Positions 1 through 10,915 are shown, counted from the first letter of the stretch. The stretch is 64,000 nucleotides of DNA from Alphaproteobacteria bacterium MarineAlpha5_Bin12 (GCA_002937855.1 PTKS01000003.1:134433-198432), one strand, 5' to 3'. Made by a program: numbers and translations. Notes: generated by a model not told the origin, from the sequence alone.

Positions 1-2
1 CT

Positions 3-317
3 CTTGAAATTTCTCAAAGAAAAATACCTATAATTGTAATTTATAAATTAAATATTATTACTGAATTTTTTTTTAGTTTTTTAATTAAAGTAAAGTTTGC
101 AAATATAATTAATATAATTAAAAATAAAGAAATTATTCCAGAAGTAATTAATCATAAATTAAATCATAAAAATTTAATTAAAATATTTAGTAAAAATATA
201 AATAATGTAAAAAAACAACAAAAACAAATTTTAGAAGTTCAAAAAATACTCAAATCTTTAAAATTAAAAAATAAGAGTTCATTAAACGCAAGCAAAGAGA
301 TTTTTAAGATTATTTAA
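3..317 (+). CDS. lpxB: Lipid-A-disaccharide synthase, C-terminal fragment (5' end lies outside the window)
   Basis: Frame +3 is open from the window edge to TAA at 315-317. It is absent from the ORF track because it has no Met. The translation [49 protein letters not shown]... follows the LpxB C-terminal pattern as I remember it from E. coli (P-x-V-V-x-Y ... K-V-x-Y/F-x-S-L-x-N-L-L ... E-L-V/I-P-E). It overlaps the gltA stop by 8 nt. Confidence 0.6.
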   Translation, partial: LEISQRKIPIIVIYKLNIITEFFFSFLIKVKFANIINIIKNKEIIPEVINHKLNHKNLIKIFSKNINNVKKQQKQILEVQKILKSLKLKNKSSLNASKEIFKII

Positions 318-1647
318 ACCACAATCTTTTAAATAATGAAATTTTTTCTCTTTTTTCTTCAGGTTTATAACTTCTAGTATTTTCACCAATATATAACTGT
401 CTAGGTCTTCCAATTTTTTTAATAGGATCTTCTATCATTTCTTTCCATTGAGATACCCATCCGGCAGTTCTTCCTATAGCAAATAAAACTGTAAACATAT
501 TTATGGGTATTCCCATAGCTTTTAATATAATACCAGAATAGAAATCAACGTTTGGATATAATTTTTTTTCTATAAAATACTCATCATTTAGTGCAATTTT
601 TTCTAATTCTAATGCTATTTCTAGCAAAGGATCATTTTTAATGTTTAATTCCTCTAAAACTTCATGTGCAGTTTTTTTCATTACAGCTGCTCTAGGATCA
701 TAATTTTTATAAACTCTATGTCCAAAACCCATTAGTCTGAAAGGATCATTTTTATCTTTAGATTTTTCAATAAATTCATTAATTTTATCTTTCGAACCAA
801 TTTTTGAAAGCATTTTTATAACAGCTTCATTTGCGCCACCATGTGCTGGTCCCCATAATGAAGCTATTCCAGCTGCAATACATGCAAAAGGATTGGCATT
901 TGATGAACCAGCCAATCTTACCGTTGATGTAGAAGCATTTTGTTCATGATCAGAATGCAAAATAAAAAATTTATCTATAGCTTTTGCAAGTACTTTGTTT
1001 ACTTTATATTTTTGTGTGGGTACCGCAAACATCATATTTAAAAAATTTTCTGAATAAGTTAATTCATTTTTTGGATATACATATGGTTGTCCAATAGAGT
1101 ATTTATATGCCATAGCTCCTATGGTGGGCATTTTTGCAATTAATCTATGTGAAGCGATCATTCTTTGGTTGGGATCATTTATATCAGTGCTATCATGATA
1201 AAATGCTGATAATGCTCCAACTACTCCAACCATTATTGCCATTGGATGTGCTCCTCTTTTAAACCCTCTATATAGAAACATTAATTGTTCATTAATCATT
1301 GTATGATTTGTAATGGCATCTCTAAATTTATTTTGATCCTCAGTTGATGGAAGATCACCATGTAATAAAAGGTAACAAACTTCCATAAAATTACTATTTT
1401 CTGCCAGTTCTTTGATATCATATCCCCTGTGTCTTAATATTCCTTGTTCTCCATCTATATATGTAATTTTTGATTTACATGAAGCTGTCGATGTAAATCC
1501 TGGATCATATGTAAATAAGCCTGATTCTTTATAAAGATTTGTTATATCCAGAACATCTGGTCCAACAGTTCCATCTAAGACAGGAATTTCATATGAGTTT
1601 CCGTTTTCATTGTCAAATAAAGTATAAAATTTTTTATTATCAGGCAT
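310..1647 (-). CDS. gltA: Citrate synthase (type II)
   Basis: 445 aa. Carries the motifs [25 protein letters not shown] and [15 protein letters not shown] typical of citrate synthase. Confidence 0.95.
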   Translation of the reverse strand: MPDNKKFYTLFDNENGNSYEIPVLDGTVGPDVLDITNLYKESGLFTYDPGFTSTASCKSKITYIDGEQGILRHRGYDIKELAENSNFMEVCYLLLHGDLPSTEDQNKFRDAITNHTMINEQLMFLYRGFKRGAHPMAIMVGVVGALSAFYHDSTDINDPNQRMIASHRLIAKMPTIGAMAYKYSIGQPYVYPKNELTYSENFLNMMFAVPTQKYKVNKVLAKAIDKFFILHSDHEQNASTSTVRLAGSSNANPFACIAAGIASLWGPAHGGANEAVIKMLSKIGSKDKINEFIEKSKDKNDPFRLMGFGHRVYKNYDPRAAVMKKTAHEVLEELNIKNDPLLEIALELEKIALNDEYFIEKKLYPNVDFYSGIILKAMGIPINMFTVLFAIGRTAGWVSQWKEMIEDPIKKIGRPRQLYIGENTRSYKPEEKREKISLFKRLWFK

Positions 1648-1695
1648 TTTTTTTAATTAACATAATGTTAGTATAATTATCAAGTTATAAATAAA

Positions 1696-3090
1696 TTATA
1701 TTAAAAATTTATTAATTTTAGAAATTGTTTCTTTTTTTTCTAATATAATCATTATTTCGCTCAAAGAAGGGCCTTTTTTTGATCCAGTTAGAATCATTCT
1801 TAGAGGTTCTGCAAGATGAGAAAATTTTATATTATTTTGATTAACAAATTCTTTTAAATTTTTTTCAATTTTATCTTTTGACCAATCATTTTCATTATTT
1901 ATATATATAAAAAATTGATTCAAAATCTTTTTTTCATTTTCAGAAGATACTTTTTTATATTCAGCAATTTCAAAATTTATAAAACTTTTTATATTTTTAT
2001 TTAATTCTTCAATATTATGTGATCTTTTTTTATAAAGATTAATTAATTTTAAAATTAAATCTACTAAATTATTTTTGATTTTTAAATTAAAATTTTCTTT
2101 TAATTCTCTCAATAAATCTTCGTCATTTATTTCATTCAAATAAAGAGAATTAATAAAATTTAATTTATTATAATCAAATCTACTTGGAGATTTTACAATA
2201 GAATTAAAATTAAAATTATAAATAATTTGTTTTTTTTGTAAAACTTCGTCTTTATCATTTGAGCTACCAAATTTTGCAAGATAATTAACTATTGCCTCTG
2301 ATAAGTATCCCTTATTTTTAAAATCTAATACTTCAATTGAACCATGTCTTTTTGATAGTTTTTTACCATCATCTCCAAACATAAGAGGAATATGTGCAAA
2401 TTTTGGAACAATCCATCCTAAATTTTTATATAAGTGAAATTGTCTAAAAGCATTATTTAGATGATCATCTCCTCTTATGATGTGAGTAATTCCCATTAAA
2501 TAATCATCTACAACAACTGAAAGCATATAAGTTGGCGTTCCATCTTTTCTTAAAAGAATAAAATTATCTAATTCATCGTTTGAAATTTTTATTTTTCCTT
2601 GAATTTTATCATCTATTTCAGTGAAATTTGATTTTTCAATTTTTATTCTGATACAAAAATCTTTTTCAAGTTTTTGGATATTTGGGTCACCTTCACAATT
2701 GTTACAAAGTTTTTTAAGACTCAATCCCTTCAGTAGATTCTTCTTTCTTCTTTCTTCCAATTCTTCTGTTGTACAGATACATTTATATGCACCTTTTATT
2801 CTTAATAATTCATTAGCTATTTCAATATGTTTATTTATATTTTCAGATTGTTTATAGATATTTCCATCCCATTGAATATTTAACCATTTTAAACTCTTCA
2901 CTATTGATTGAAAATATTCATCTTTCGATCTTTTTTTATCTGTATCTTCAATTCTTAAAAAAAACTTGGAATCTGGAAATTCAGTTTTATTTTTTTCTAC
3001 GATTAAATGGTTTATTAATGCTGTTCTAATACCACCAATATGCAAATATCCTGTTGGTGATGGTGCAAAACGTGTGATAATTTTACTCAT
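1696..3090 (-). CDS. gltX: Glutamyl-tRNA synthetase
   Basis: 464 aa. Class I signature PSPTGYLHIGGIRTAL (HIGH) and KLSKRHG (KMSKS). Confidence 0.93.
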   Translation of the reverse strand: MSKIITRFAPSPTGYLHIGGIRTALINHLIVEKNKTEFPDSKFFLRIEDTDKKRSKDEYFQSIVKSLKWLNIQWDGNIYKQSENINKHIEIANELLRIKGAYKCICTTEELEERRKKNLLKGLSLKKLCNNCEGDPNIQKLEKDFCIRIKIEKSNFTEIDDKIQGKIKISNDELDNFILLRKDGTPTYMLSVVVDDYLMGITHIIRGDDHLNNAFRQFHLYKNLGWIVPKFAHIPLMFGDDGKKLSKRHGSIEVLDFKNKGYLSEAIVNYLAKFGSSNDKDEVLQKKQIIYNFNFNSIVKSPSRFDYNKLNFINSLYLNEINDEDLLRELKENFNLKIKNNLVDLILKLINLYKKRSHNIEELNKNIKSFINFEIAEYKKVSSENEKKILNQFFIYINNENDWSKDKIEKNLKEFVNQNNIKFSHLAEPLRMILTGSKKGPSLSEIMIILEKKETISKINKFLI

Positions 3091-3138
3091 ATTATTAATT
3101 ATCGAATTGTATTTAATAATTAACTGACAGTAAATATC

Positions 3139-3774
3139 TTAATTATATTTTCTTAAAATACCTTTTAATTCACCCTGTATTTCAATATCAGAATGTTTAT
3201 ATTCCATCTCTTTAAAAGATGAATTTGCTGGTATTAGTCTAATTTTTGATTGATCAAATTTAATTTTTTTTAAAGTTACTTCATTACCCTTGACTAAGAC
3301 TGCTGCAATTCTTCCATTAGAAATATTTTTTGCCTGTCTAATTATTGCAGTATCTCCATCCATAATTCCTTCATCAATCATTGATTCACCTTTAACTATT
3401 AAACCAAAATAATTATGATTTTTTGATAGCATATTGTTTGGAATTTCAATTTTTTCCAGATCAGATTCACCAGGTTCTACTGGTGTTCCTGCTGGTATTG
3501 ATCCAAGCAGAGGAATTAAGGTATTTTGATTTTTAAAATTTTCATATTTTTCTGATGATTCTTTTTGATTTTTTACTATTTCCATTGCTCTTGCTTTATG
3601 TTTAATTCTTCTTATATAGCCTCTTTCTTCTAAGCTCGTAATAAGCCTGTGAATTCCTGATTTTGACTTCAAACCTAATGCCTGCTTCATTTCTTCAAAT
3701 GAAGGTGATATACCTGAGCCATCAATGTATTTATCAAGATAATCAAATAGTATTTTTTGTTTTTTTGTTAACAT
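3139..3774 (-). CDS. lexA: LexA SOS repressor
   Basis: 211 aa. N-terminal winged HTH (SPSFEEMKQALGLKSKSGIHRLITSLEERGYIRR), an Ala-Gly cleavage site (SIPAGTP), and an S24 peptidase Ser (GESMID) and Lys (VTLKK). Confidence 0.93.
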   Translation of the reverse strand: MLTKKQKILFDYLDKYIDGSGISPSFEEMKQALGLKSKSGIHRLITSLEERGYIRRIKHKARAMEIVKNQKESSEKYENFKNQNTLIPLLGSIPAGTPVEPGESDLEKIEIPNNMLSKNHNYFGLIVKGESMIDEGIMDGDTAIIRQAKNISNGRIAAVLVKGNEVTLKKIKFDQSKIRLIPANSSFKEMEYKHSDIEIQGELKGILRKYN

Positions 3775-3785
3775 ATTCTACTATT

Positions 3786-3800
3786 GTTCTATTTTAGTTC
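3786..3800 (-). promoter_or_regulatory. Candidate alphaproteobacterial SOS box (GTTC-N7-GTTC on +, GAAC-N7-GAAC on the lexA strand)
   Basis: The sequence gttc tatttta gttc lies 12 nt upstream of the lexA start codon, inside the 82-bp lexA-moaC spacer. It matches the direct-repeat LexA operator described for alphaproteobacteria. Confidence 0.6.
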
Positions 3801-3856
3801 TTATAATGTTTCAATAAAAAAAGAATTTTTAAATAATTGAATATATTGTATTTTTT

Positions 3857-4345
3857 TCATATTAATTTTTTTATATATTTCCCTGATTTTCCGCCAGTTT
3901 TTTGAATCAAACTTATATTTTCTATTGTCATATCTTTATTTATACTTTTGCACATATCATAAATAGTAAGCAATGTTATTGATACTCCTGTTAATGCCTC
4001 CATTTCAACACCAGTTTTAGCAAAAGTTGAAACTTTACAAATTACTTTAAATAATTGATTTTTATCAATACTTTTAATATCAATGTTTACATTTTCAATA
4101 GGAATGTTGTGACATAGTGGAATTAATTCATGAGTTTTTTTTGAAGCCATTATGCCAGATATTATCGAAACATTTATAATTTCTCCTTTTGAAATTTTAA
4201 TTTTGGATATCTTATTGTAAGTTTTTTTATTAAATCTTATAAACCCTTCAGCAATAGCAATCCTTTTAGTTTCCTTTTTTTTAGAAATATCTACTATGTT
4301 TGGACTTCTTCCTTTTGTTAAATGTTTTATAATATTTTTTTTCAT
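3857..4345 (-). CDS. moaC: Cyclic pyranopterin monophosphate synthase accessory protein MoaC
   Basis: 162 aa. Motifs IPLCHNIPI and GVEMEALTG. 4-nt overlap with trpC. Confidence 0.9.
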   Translation of the reverse strand: MKKNIIKHLTKGRSPNIVDISKKKETKRIAIAEGFIRFNKKTYNKISKIKISKGEIINVSIISGIMASKKTHELIPLCHNIPIENVNIDIKSIDKNQLFKVICKVSTFAKTGVEMEALTGVSITLLTIYDMCKSINKDMTIENISLIQKTGGKSGKYIKKLI

Positions 4346-5121
4346 ATCAACTCATTTACTGTATTTTTAATATTTTTTGATTTTAATAATTTTTCGCCTA
4401 TTAAGAAGTTGTAAATTCCAAGTTTATTATATTCATTAATATCTACTTTAGTTTTTATACCACTTTCTGCAATTATAGTATATTTATCTGGAATCAAGTT
4501 AGTTAAATTATTTACATTTTTCAAATCAACTTTTAAATTATCTAAATTTCTATTGTTTATTCCAATAATATCACTATTTAATTTTAACGCATCATTAATT
4601 TCTTTTTTATTATGGACTTCAATCAAGCAATCAATTTTATAATTTGTTGCAACATTAATTATTTCTTTTGCTTGCTCAGTAGATAATATTGACATAATAA
4701 TTAAAATAGCATCAGCTTTGTAATACTTACTTTGTATAACTTGATATGGATCTATAATGAAATCTTTTCTCAATATTGGAATATCAATTATTTTTTTAAC
4801 TAAAGTTATGTGCTCTAAATTTCCTTCAAAATATTTTTTATCAGTTAATATTGATAAAGCTGAAATACCAGCTTTTTTATATTCTTGAGCTATTTTGATT
4901 GGATCGTAGTTCTCAATTATTGTTCCTGCACTAGGACTAGATTTTTTTATTTCTGCTATAATATTGTTTTTTTTTGAATTATTACTTGAAATTAATAAAT
5001 TTCTAAAGCCACTATTAGGAACAATTTTTGTGATTTTTTCTAAAGTATTCAGTGAGCATTTATCTTTATCTTTCTTAATTTCTTTTTTTTTATTAATATA
5101 AATTTCATTAAGTATGTTCAT
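4342..5121 (-). CDS. trpC: Indole-3-glycerol-phosphate synthase
   Basis: 259 aa. Motifs IAEIKKSSPSAG and IGINNRNL. Sits in a trpEGDC gene string. Confidence 0.9.
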   Translation of the reverse strand: MNILNEIYINKKKEIKKDKDKCSLNTLEKITKIVPNSGFRNLLISSNNSKKNNIIAEIKKSSPSAGTIIENYDPIKIAQEYKKAGISALSILTDKKYFEGNLEHITLVKKIIDIPILRKDFIIDPYQVIQSKYYKADAILIIMSILSTEQAKEIINVATNYKIDCLIEVHNKKEINDALKLNSDIIGINNRNLDNLKVDLKNVNNLTNLIPDKYTIIAESGIKTKVDINEYNKLGIYNFLIGEKLLKSKNIKNTVNELI

Positions 5122-5127
5122 TATTTT

Positions 5128-6138
5128 TTATTTTAAATAGTTAATTAAAGAATTTATATAAGACTTAGCTAGTCCATCATTAATGCATTTTTTTGCCAAA
5201 ATTGCACCATCTTTCAAATTATTTGCTTTTCCTGATAAATAAATCACAGCTCCCGCATTAATTTCTACAATTTTTTGAAAATTAGAAAATTCCCCGCTTA
5301 ACATTTTCATAATTTGTTTAGCGTTGTACTCTGAGTCCCCACCTTTAATTTCATTAATATCAATTAATTTATATCCTATATCTTCTGGATTAAATATGTA
5401 TTCGATAATTTTATTATTTTTTAATTCAGAGATATATGATTTATTCGATAATGAAATTTCATCTAGCCCATCCTGTCCATGAACAACAAGTACATGTTCA
5501 GACTCTAACTTTTTTAAAACATTTACATGAATATTGACCCATTTTTTGTCATAAACTCCTATTAATTGTTTTTTTGTATTAGCAGGATTTAAAAGAGGGC
5601 CTAATAGATTAAAAATTGTTCGTGTACCAAGATTTTTTCTAACTTGGCTTACAAATTTCATAGCTGTATGGAAATCTTGAGCAAACATAAAACAAAAATT
5701 TTTTTCAAAAAGAGTTTTTTCCAATTTTTTTTCATCTAAATTAATTTTTATTCCTAATTTTTCTAGAACATCTGCTGAGCCAGATTTAGAACTTACTGAT
5801 CTATTACCGTGTTTAGCAATTTTAATGTCCAAACTTGCTGCCACCAAAGCAGCTGCAGTAGATATATTTAAAGTACCAATATTATCCCCTCCAGTTCCAC
5901 AGGTATCTATTGTGCTTTCAGGACTATTAATTTTTTTTGATTTTTTTCTTAATATTTTAACAGCTCCAACTATTTCATTTAAACTTTCCCCTTTCATTTT
6001 GAGTCCAGTTAAGAATGAAGAAATTTCTATTTCTGATAATTTTCCTTCCATTATTTCGTTAAATATAAAAGTAGATTCTTCTTCAGTAAGATCAATGAAG
6101 TTATAAACTTGATTAAATATTTTTTTATATTTATCCAT
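5128..6138 (-). CDS. trpD: Anthranilate phosphoribosyltransferase
   Basis: 336 aa. Motifs DTCGTGGD and KHGNRSVSSKSGSADVLE. Confidence 0.93.
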   Translation of the reverse strand: MDKYKKIFNQVYNFIDLTEEESTFIFNEIMEGKLSEIEISSFLTGLKMKGESLNEIVGAVKILRKKSKKINSPESTIDTCGTGGDNIGTLNISTAAALVAASLDIKIAKHGNRSVSSKSGSADVLEKLGIKINLDEKKLEKTLFEKNFCFMFAQDFHTAMKFVSQVRKNLGTRTIFNLLGPLLNPANTKKQLIGVYDKKWVNIHVNVLKKLESEHVLVVHGQDGLDEISLSNKSYISELKNNKIIEYIFNPEDIGYKLIDINEIKGGDSEYNAKQIMKMLSGEFSNFQKIVEINAGAVIYLSGKANNLKDGAILAKKCINDGLAKSYINSLINYLK

Positions 6139-6700
6139 TTATTATATTAATAAAGTTTTTAAATATTTTTTTCCCTATCTGAGTTCCTATACTTTCAGGA
6201 TGAAACTGTAAGCCAAATGTTTTATATTTTTTATGTGATATTCCCATAATTACATTAGATGATGAAGCAATTATATTTAATTCATCATTAAATGAGTTAT
6301 TTTTAATTATTAATGAATGATATCTTGTAGCTTCAAAATTATTATTTATACCTGAAAAGATTTGATGATTATTATGTTTTATCTTAGAAATTTTTCCGTG
6401 CATAATTTTAGGAGCTAAAACAATTTCCCCCCCGAACGACTCACCGATAGCTTGATGACCCAAACATATTCCTAAAATTGGAATCTTTTTATATACTTTT
6501 TTTACTAAATCAATACAGATTCCTGCATCCTTTGGTGTACATGGACCAGGAGATAATATAATTGCTTTAGGTTTTAATTTTAATATTTTTGCTATCGTGA
6601 TTTTATCATTTCTATAAACTTTAATATTTTTATAAAATTCAGAAACATAGTGATATATATTAAAAGTGAAGCTATCATAGTTATCTATAATTATAATCAT
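6131..6700 (-). CDS. trpG: Anthranilate synthase component II (glutamine amidotransferase)
   Basis: 189 aa. Class I GATase with GICLGHQ Cys and FHPES His/Glu. Overlaps both trpD and trpE. Confidence 0.9.
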   Translation of the reverse strand: MIIIIDNYDSFTFNIYHYVSEFYKNIKVYRNDKITIAKILKLKPKAIILSPGPCTPKDAGICIDLVKKVYKKIPILGICLGHQAIGESFGGEIVLAPKIMHGKISKIKHNNHQIFSGINNNFEATRYHSLIIKNNSFNDELNIIASSSNVIMGISHKKYKTFGLQFHPESIGTQIGKKIFKNFINIING

Positions 6701-8181
6701 TTGTTTCTTATATTTTTTAGAGAATCTGCTGCAGCTTTTATAATTGCTTTGGCTTTATTTATTGTTTCCTGATATTCTTTTTCTTCATTACTATCATATA
6801 CAATTCCACCACCAGCTTGAATAATTAATTTTTTATTTTTAACTAGCCCTGTTCTTAAAGCGATGCAAGTATCCATTTGACCGTTTGAGTCAAAATATCC
6901 AATAGCTCCTCCATAAAAAGATCTGTTTAAATTTTCTAATTCTTCTATAATTTCCATGGCTCTTATTTTTGGAGCACCTGAAACTGTGCCCGCTGGAAAT
7001 CCTGATATAAGTGCATCAATGGCATCATATTTTTTTTCAATAATTCCTTCAACATTTGAAACAATATGCATTACATGAGAATAATATTCAATATTCATTT
7101 TTTCAGTTACATGGACAGATCCGATTTTTGATACTTTACCTACATCATTTCTTCCTAAATCTAGTAACATTAAATGTTCTGCTAATTCTTTTTTATCAGA
7201 TAGCAAGTCTTTTGATAGTTTTATATCTTCTTTTTTATTTTTTCCTCTTGGCCTGGTTCCTGCAATTGGTCTTATAGTTACTTTATTATTTCTTAATCTT
7301 ACTAAAATTTCAGGACTCGAAGCAACTAATCCAATATCATTAAAGTTAAGGTTAACTAAAAAAGGGGAGGGGTTTAGTCTCCTAAGTGATCTATATAATG
7401 ATATCGCTGGTAAATCATAAGGGATTTCAAAACGCTGTGATGTTACAACCTGAAATATATCTCCTTTATTAATATATTTTTTTGCCTTTTTAATTAAATT
7501 TGAATATTCTTTTTTATTAAAGTTTTTCTTTATTTTTATATTTTTGATATTTGAATTAATCTTTTTTTCTTTAATGATATTTTTATTCATTTTATCAAAA
7601 GCTGAATTAATAATTCGTAAAGCTTTATCGTATGCTTTTTTTGCCTTTAAATCCTTAGAATAATAAACTGGTGTCATTAAGATTATTTTGTTTGAAATAT
7701 TATCAAAAATAGCAACTAACTTAGGTCTTATAAAAATTGAATCAGAAATATTAATTGTATCAGGATTTGTTAAATTAATTTTTTCCATATGTTTGATCAT
7801 AGGATATCCAACATATCCTACTAGAGTTGGGAATGGGGGTAAAGATTTATCCCTTGGAATAAGAGAATCTTTTAAAAGTTTTTTTAATGATTTTAAAGGA
7901 GACGATTTATTATTTTTAATAATTTTCTTCTTATCTATGTATTGTATTTTTATATTTTTATTTTTACATTCCCAAATTAAATCTGGATTTACTCCAAGAA
8001 GAGAGTACCTTCCTATTTTTTCACCACCTTCAACTGACTCAAGTAAAAATGAATATTTTTCTTTTGGAGATAATTTTAATAATGCTGATATAGGTGTCTC
8101 TAAATCACCAATAAATTCTTTAGATATTACTTGAGATTTTTTTTTGTTATAAACTTTTAAAAAAGAATCGTATGTTATCAT
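6697..8181 (-). CDS. trpE: Anthranilate synthase component I
   Basis: 494 aa. Motifs LLESVEGGEKIGRYS, GAIGYF and IQAGGGIV (chorismate-binding family). Confidence 0.92.
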   Translation of the reverse strand: MITYDSFLKVYNKKKSQVISKEFIGDLETPISALLKLSPKEKYSFLLESVEGGEKIGRYSLLGVNPDLIWECKNKNIKIQYIDKKKIIKNNKSSPLKSLKKLLKDSLIPRDKSLPPFPTLVGYVGYPMIKHMEKINLTNPDTINISDSIFIRPKLVAIFDNISNKIILMTPVYYSKDLKAKKAYDKALRIINSAFDKMNKNIIKEKKINSNIKNIKIKKNFNKKEYSNLIKKAKKYINKGDIFQVVTSQRFEIPYDLPAISLYRSLRRLNPSPFLVNLNFNDIGLVASSPEILVRLRNNKVTIRPIAGTRPRGKNKKEDIKLSKDLLSDKKELAEHLMLLDLGRNDVGKVSKIGSVHVTEKMNIEYYSHVMHIVSNVEGIIEKKYDAIDALISGFPAGTVSGAPKIRAMEIIEELENLNRSFYGGAIGYFDSNGQMDTCIALRTGLVKNKKLIIQAGGGIVYDSNEEKEYQETINKAKAIIKAAADSLKNIRNK

Positions 8182-8183
8182 AC

Positions 8184-10076
8184 TTAAGAAGTATTGTTGG
8201 TTGCAGAATTGAATAAATTATTATTTATTTTTATATCTGTTTCTTTCATTATTGATTCAAAATAAATTTCCAATAGTTCATTACTTATACTATTATTCAA
8301 TTTGAGGTTTAAATTTTCTAAATTAGTATTATCTTCTTCAATATTAATTGATTTTAAAAGAGATATAAGTATTTTTTTATCATAATAAATAAAGTCTATT
8401 CCGCCAACGTTATTATTGAAAATATCATTTATTAGTTCATATGGAATTGTTTTATCGTTGTTTTGTATTGATAAATCTTGAATCTCAAAATTAAATTCTT
8501 TTCTTAAATTTTTAACAAATTGATTATTATCATTATTATCTTTAACTTTTTCTTTTATATATCTTAATGAATTATTTATAATCTCTTTTTTATTCCAATC
8601 TTCTAAAACTTTTTCTTTTACTATACTATAATCTTGATTTCTTTCAGGGTTTATTGCTTTAACATTAAATATAAAAAAAGAGTTTTCATCATGTCCTTCA
8701 TATATATTACTAACAAAATTTAAATTTTCTTCAAATGCTTTTCTTAAAATTAAATTTTCTTGAATTCCAAAATCATCCTCAATTTTTCCTTCATTAATAA
8801 TATCAATTTTTAATTTGTGTTTATTTGCAATTTCATTGATACTTAAGTTATTTAATAAATCTTCATCAATTTTTTCGATTAAATCTTGAATATAATTCAT
8901 AGAATAATTATTTTTTAAAATTTCATTAATATCATTTTTCTTTTTGTTGTAATCCTCAAAATAACTTGGGATTATTTTATCAATAAAAACTAAATGATAT
9001 GCCAAAGAGCTTTCTATAACTTCTGATAATTCATGAACATTTAATTTAAAAGCTTCACTAGCAATTTCTTTCAATGTTCCTCTATTATCAATTTCTTTAT
9101 ATTCATTGAATCTAATATTATTTTTTGTTGCTATTTTCTTTATTTCTTCATAATTATTTATATTATTAATTTTATTTGAGAATGAACTAGCATCATCTTT
9201 ATTTAAAAAATTTAGTTGCATAAAACTTCTCTTTTCATTAATTTTAAATTGATTTTTATTATTTTCATAAAATTCTTTAATTTCGAATTCACTAAAATTA
9301 ATTTCATCAATAAAGTTTTTTGGATGAATATTTATATATTCTATTGTTCTTGATTCTTTTTTATTGTACAAATTAATGTTTTCTTCAAAGTATTTTATTA
9401 TTAAATCTTCACTTTTATCAAAATCTAAATTGAAATCTTCTATAGGTAATTTTATTAAATTTATTTTTCTTTTATGATTATTAATAATATTAATATTATT
9501 TAAAGATTGTTTTGGATACTCAATATTTCTGAATAATATATTCTCAAATTGGTTTCTTAATGTTTGTGTTCTAATTATATCTATAAAGCTTTCTAGATCT
9601 AAATTTTGATTATAAAGAAATGAGCTTAAATTTTCATCAATAACCTCGTTATTTTCATCATATATTGATGGTATGTATTCTCTAATTTCTTTAGCAATAA
9701 TAATATCATCTAAAACTAAATTAAAATATTTAAATTCATTTTTTAATATAGCTTCATTAATTAATATACCCAATGATTGTTGATCTATTCCAAAATCTCT
9801 AACTTGTTGATTTGTTATTTGGGATCCTATCATTTCCGAAAATTGTCTTTTATTCAAATCTAATGTTCTATAAAATTGAATATTAGAAATATTTGTTTCT
9901 CCAACAAGTGCTATATCATTTGCACCTACGCCAAAGACTCCCGAATATCTATTACCGCCTCTTATCAAAAATAAACTTAAGCCAAATACAATTGCAAGAA
10001 TAATACCAATTTTTGAGTTTCGTATGAAATTTAACATATATTTTCTTATTTTATTTGCTTCTACAATAAAGGACAA
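8184..10076 (-). CDS. Periplasmic chaperone, PpiD/SurA-like (membrane anchored, degenerate parvulin domain)
   Basis: 630 aa. Has an N-terminal TM helix (IGIILAIVFGLSLFLI), then a long N/K/E-rich periplasmic region with a parvulin-like stretch (SEVIESSLAYHLVFIDKI). Position upstream of trpE as in other alphaproteobacteria. The family call rests on architecture only. Confidence 0.6.
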   Translation of the reverse strand: MSFIVEANKIRKYMLNFIRNSKIGIILAIVFGLSLFLIRGGNRYSGVFGVGANDIALVGETNISNIQFYRTLDLNKRQFSEMIGSQITNQQVRDFGIDQQSLGILINEAILKNEFKYFNLVLDDIIIAKEIREYIPSIYDENNEVIDENLSSFLYNQNLDLESFIDIIRTQTLRNQFENILFRNIEYPKQSLNNINIINNHKRKINLIKLPIEDFNLDFDKSEDLIIKYFEENINLYNKKESRTIEYINIHPKNFIDEINFSEFEIKEFYENNKNQFKINEKRSFMQLNFLNKDDASSFSNKINNINNYEEIKKIATKNNIRFNEYKEIDNRGTLKEIASEAFKLNVHELSEVIESSLAYHLVFIDKIIPSYFEDYNKKKNDINEILKNNYSMNYIQDLIEKIDEDLLNNLSINEIANKHKLKIDIINEGKIEDDFGIQENLILRKAFEENLNFVSNIYEGHDENSFFIFNVKAINPERNQDYSIVKEKVLEDWNKKEIINNSLRYIKEKVKDNNDNNQFVKNLRKEFNFEIQDLSIQNNDKTIPYELINDIFNNNVGGIDFIYYDKKILISLLKSINIEEDNTNLENLNLKLNNSISNELLEIYFESIMKETDIKINNNLFNSATNNTS

Positions 10077-10108
10077 TATAAAGGAAATATAAATATTATA
10101 TTTTTTTA

Positions 10109-10873
10109 ATGAAAATAACAGAATATAACAAAATAATCTCAGCTAATTGGAAAATGAATGGTTCAATGGCCTTAATAAATGAATTTAATGATTATTTTAT
10201 CAATAATATTAAAAAAATTGACAAATCAAATGCTATAATTTTTTTTCCTCCAGCTCCTTATTTTTCAAGTTTAAATAAAATAATTAAAGACTATCAACAT
10301 ATCTATCTAGGTGCACAAGATTGCTCTGCATATAAAAATTCAGCAAGAACAGGAGATATTAGTGCTTCAATGATAAATGAATTAGGGAGTAATTTTGTTT
10401 TAGTGGGTCATTCAGAAAGAAGAATGTTATATAATGAAACTGATGAACTTGTTTCTAAAAAAATCAAGAGAGCTATAGAAGAAAATTTAAATATTATTCT
10501 TTGTATTGGAGAAAATGAAGATGAAAAAAATAAAAATATAACTAAAAAAAAATTAGAACAGCAAATTTTTTATTCTATTAATGAAAGATGCAATCCTTCA
10601 AATACTATAATAGCCTATGAACCTGTTTGGTCCATAGGTTCTGGATCTCTTCCAGAAGTTTCTGAAATAGAAGAAATAAATTTATTTATTCAAAATACAG
10701 TTAAAGATAAATTAAAAAATGAAGATAATTTTAAAATACTATATGGAGGTTCGGTAAATTCAAAAAATATCTCAAATATTTTAAAATCCCAATTAATTGA
10801 TGGTGTATTGGTCGGAGGAGCATCATTAAAATCAAAGGAATTTATTGAAATAGTAAATTTTAATTTAAATTAA
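10109..10873 (+). CDS. tpiA: Triosephosphate isomerase
   Basis: 254 aa. Motifs ANWKMNG, VGHSERR and AYEPVWSIGSG. Confidence 0.9.
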   Translation: MKITEYNKIISANWKMNGSMALINEFNDYFINNIKKIDKSNAIIFFPPAPYFSSLNKIIKDYQHIYLGAQDCSAYKNSARTGDISASMINELGSNFVLVGHSERRMLYNETDELVSKKIKRAIEENLNIILCIGENEDEKNKNITKKKLEQQIFYSINERCNPSNTIIAYEPVWSIGSGSLPEVSEIEEINLFIQNTVKDKLKNEDNFKILYGGSVNSKNISNILKSQLIDGVLVGGASLKSKEFIEIVNFNLN

Positions 10874-10915
10874 CTTGATAATATTTATTACAAAATATAT
10901 AGACTTTTAAATTAA

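Noticed and set aside
7688-8134. 148-aa plus-strand ORF inside trpE (also 7056-7277 and 5825-6106 inside trpE/trpD, and 2621-2857 inside gltX)
   Set aside because: All are antisense to confidently identified enzymes and none has a recognisable motif.
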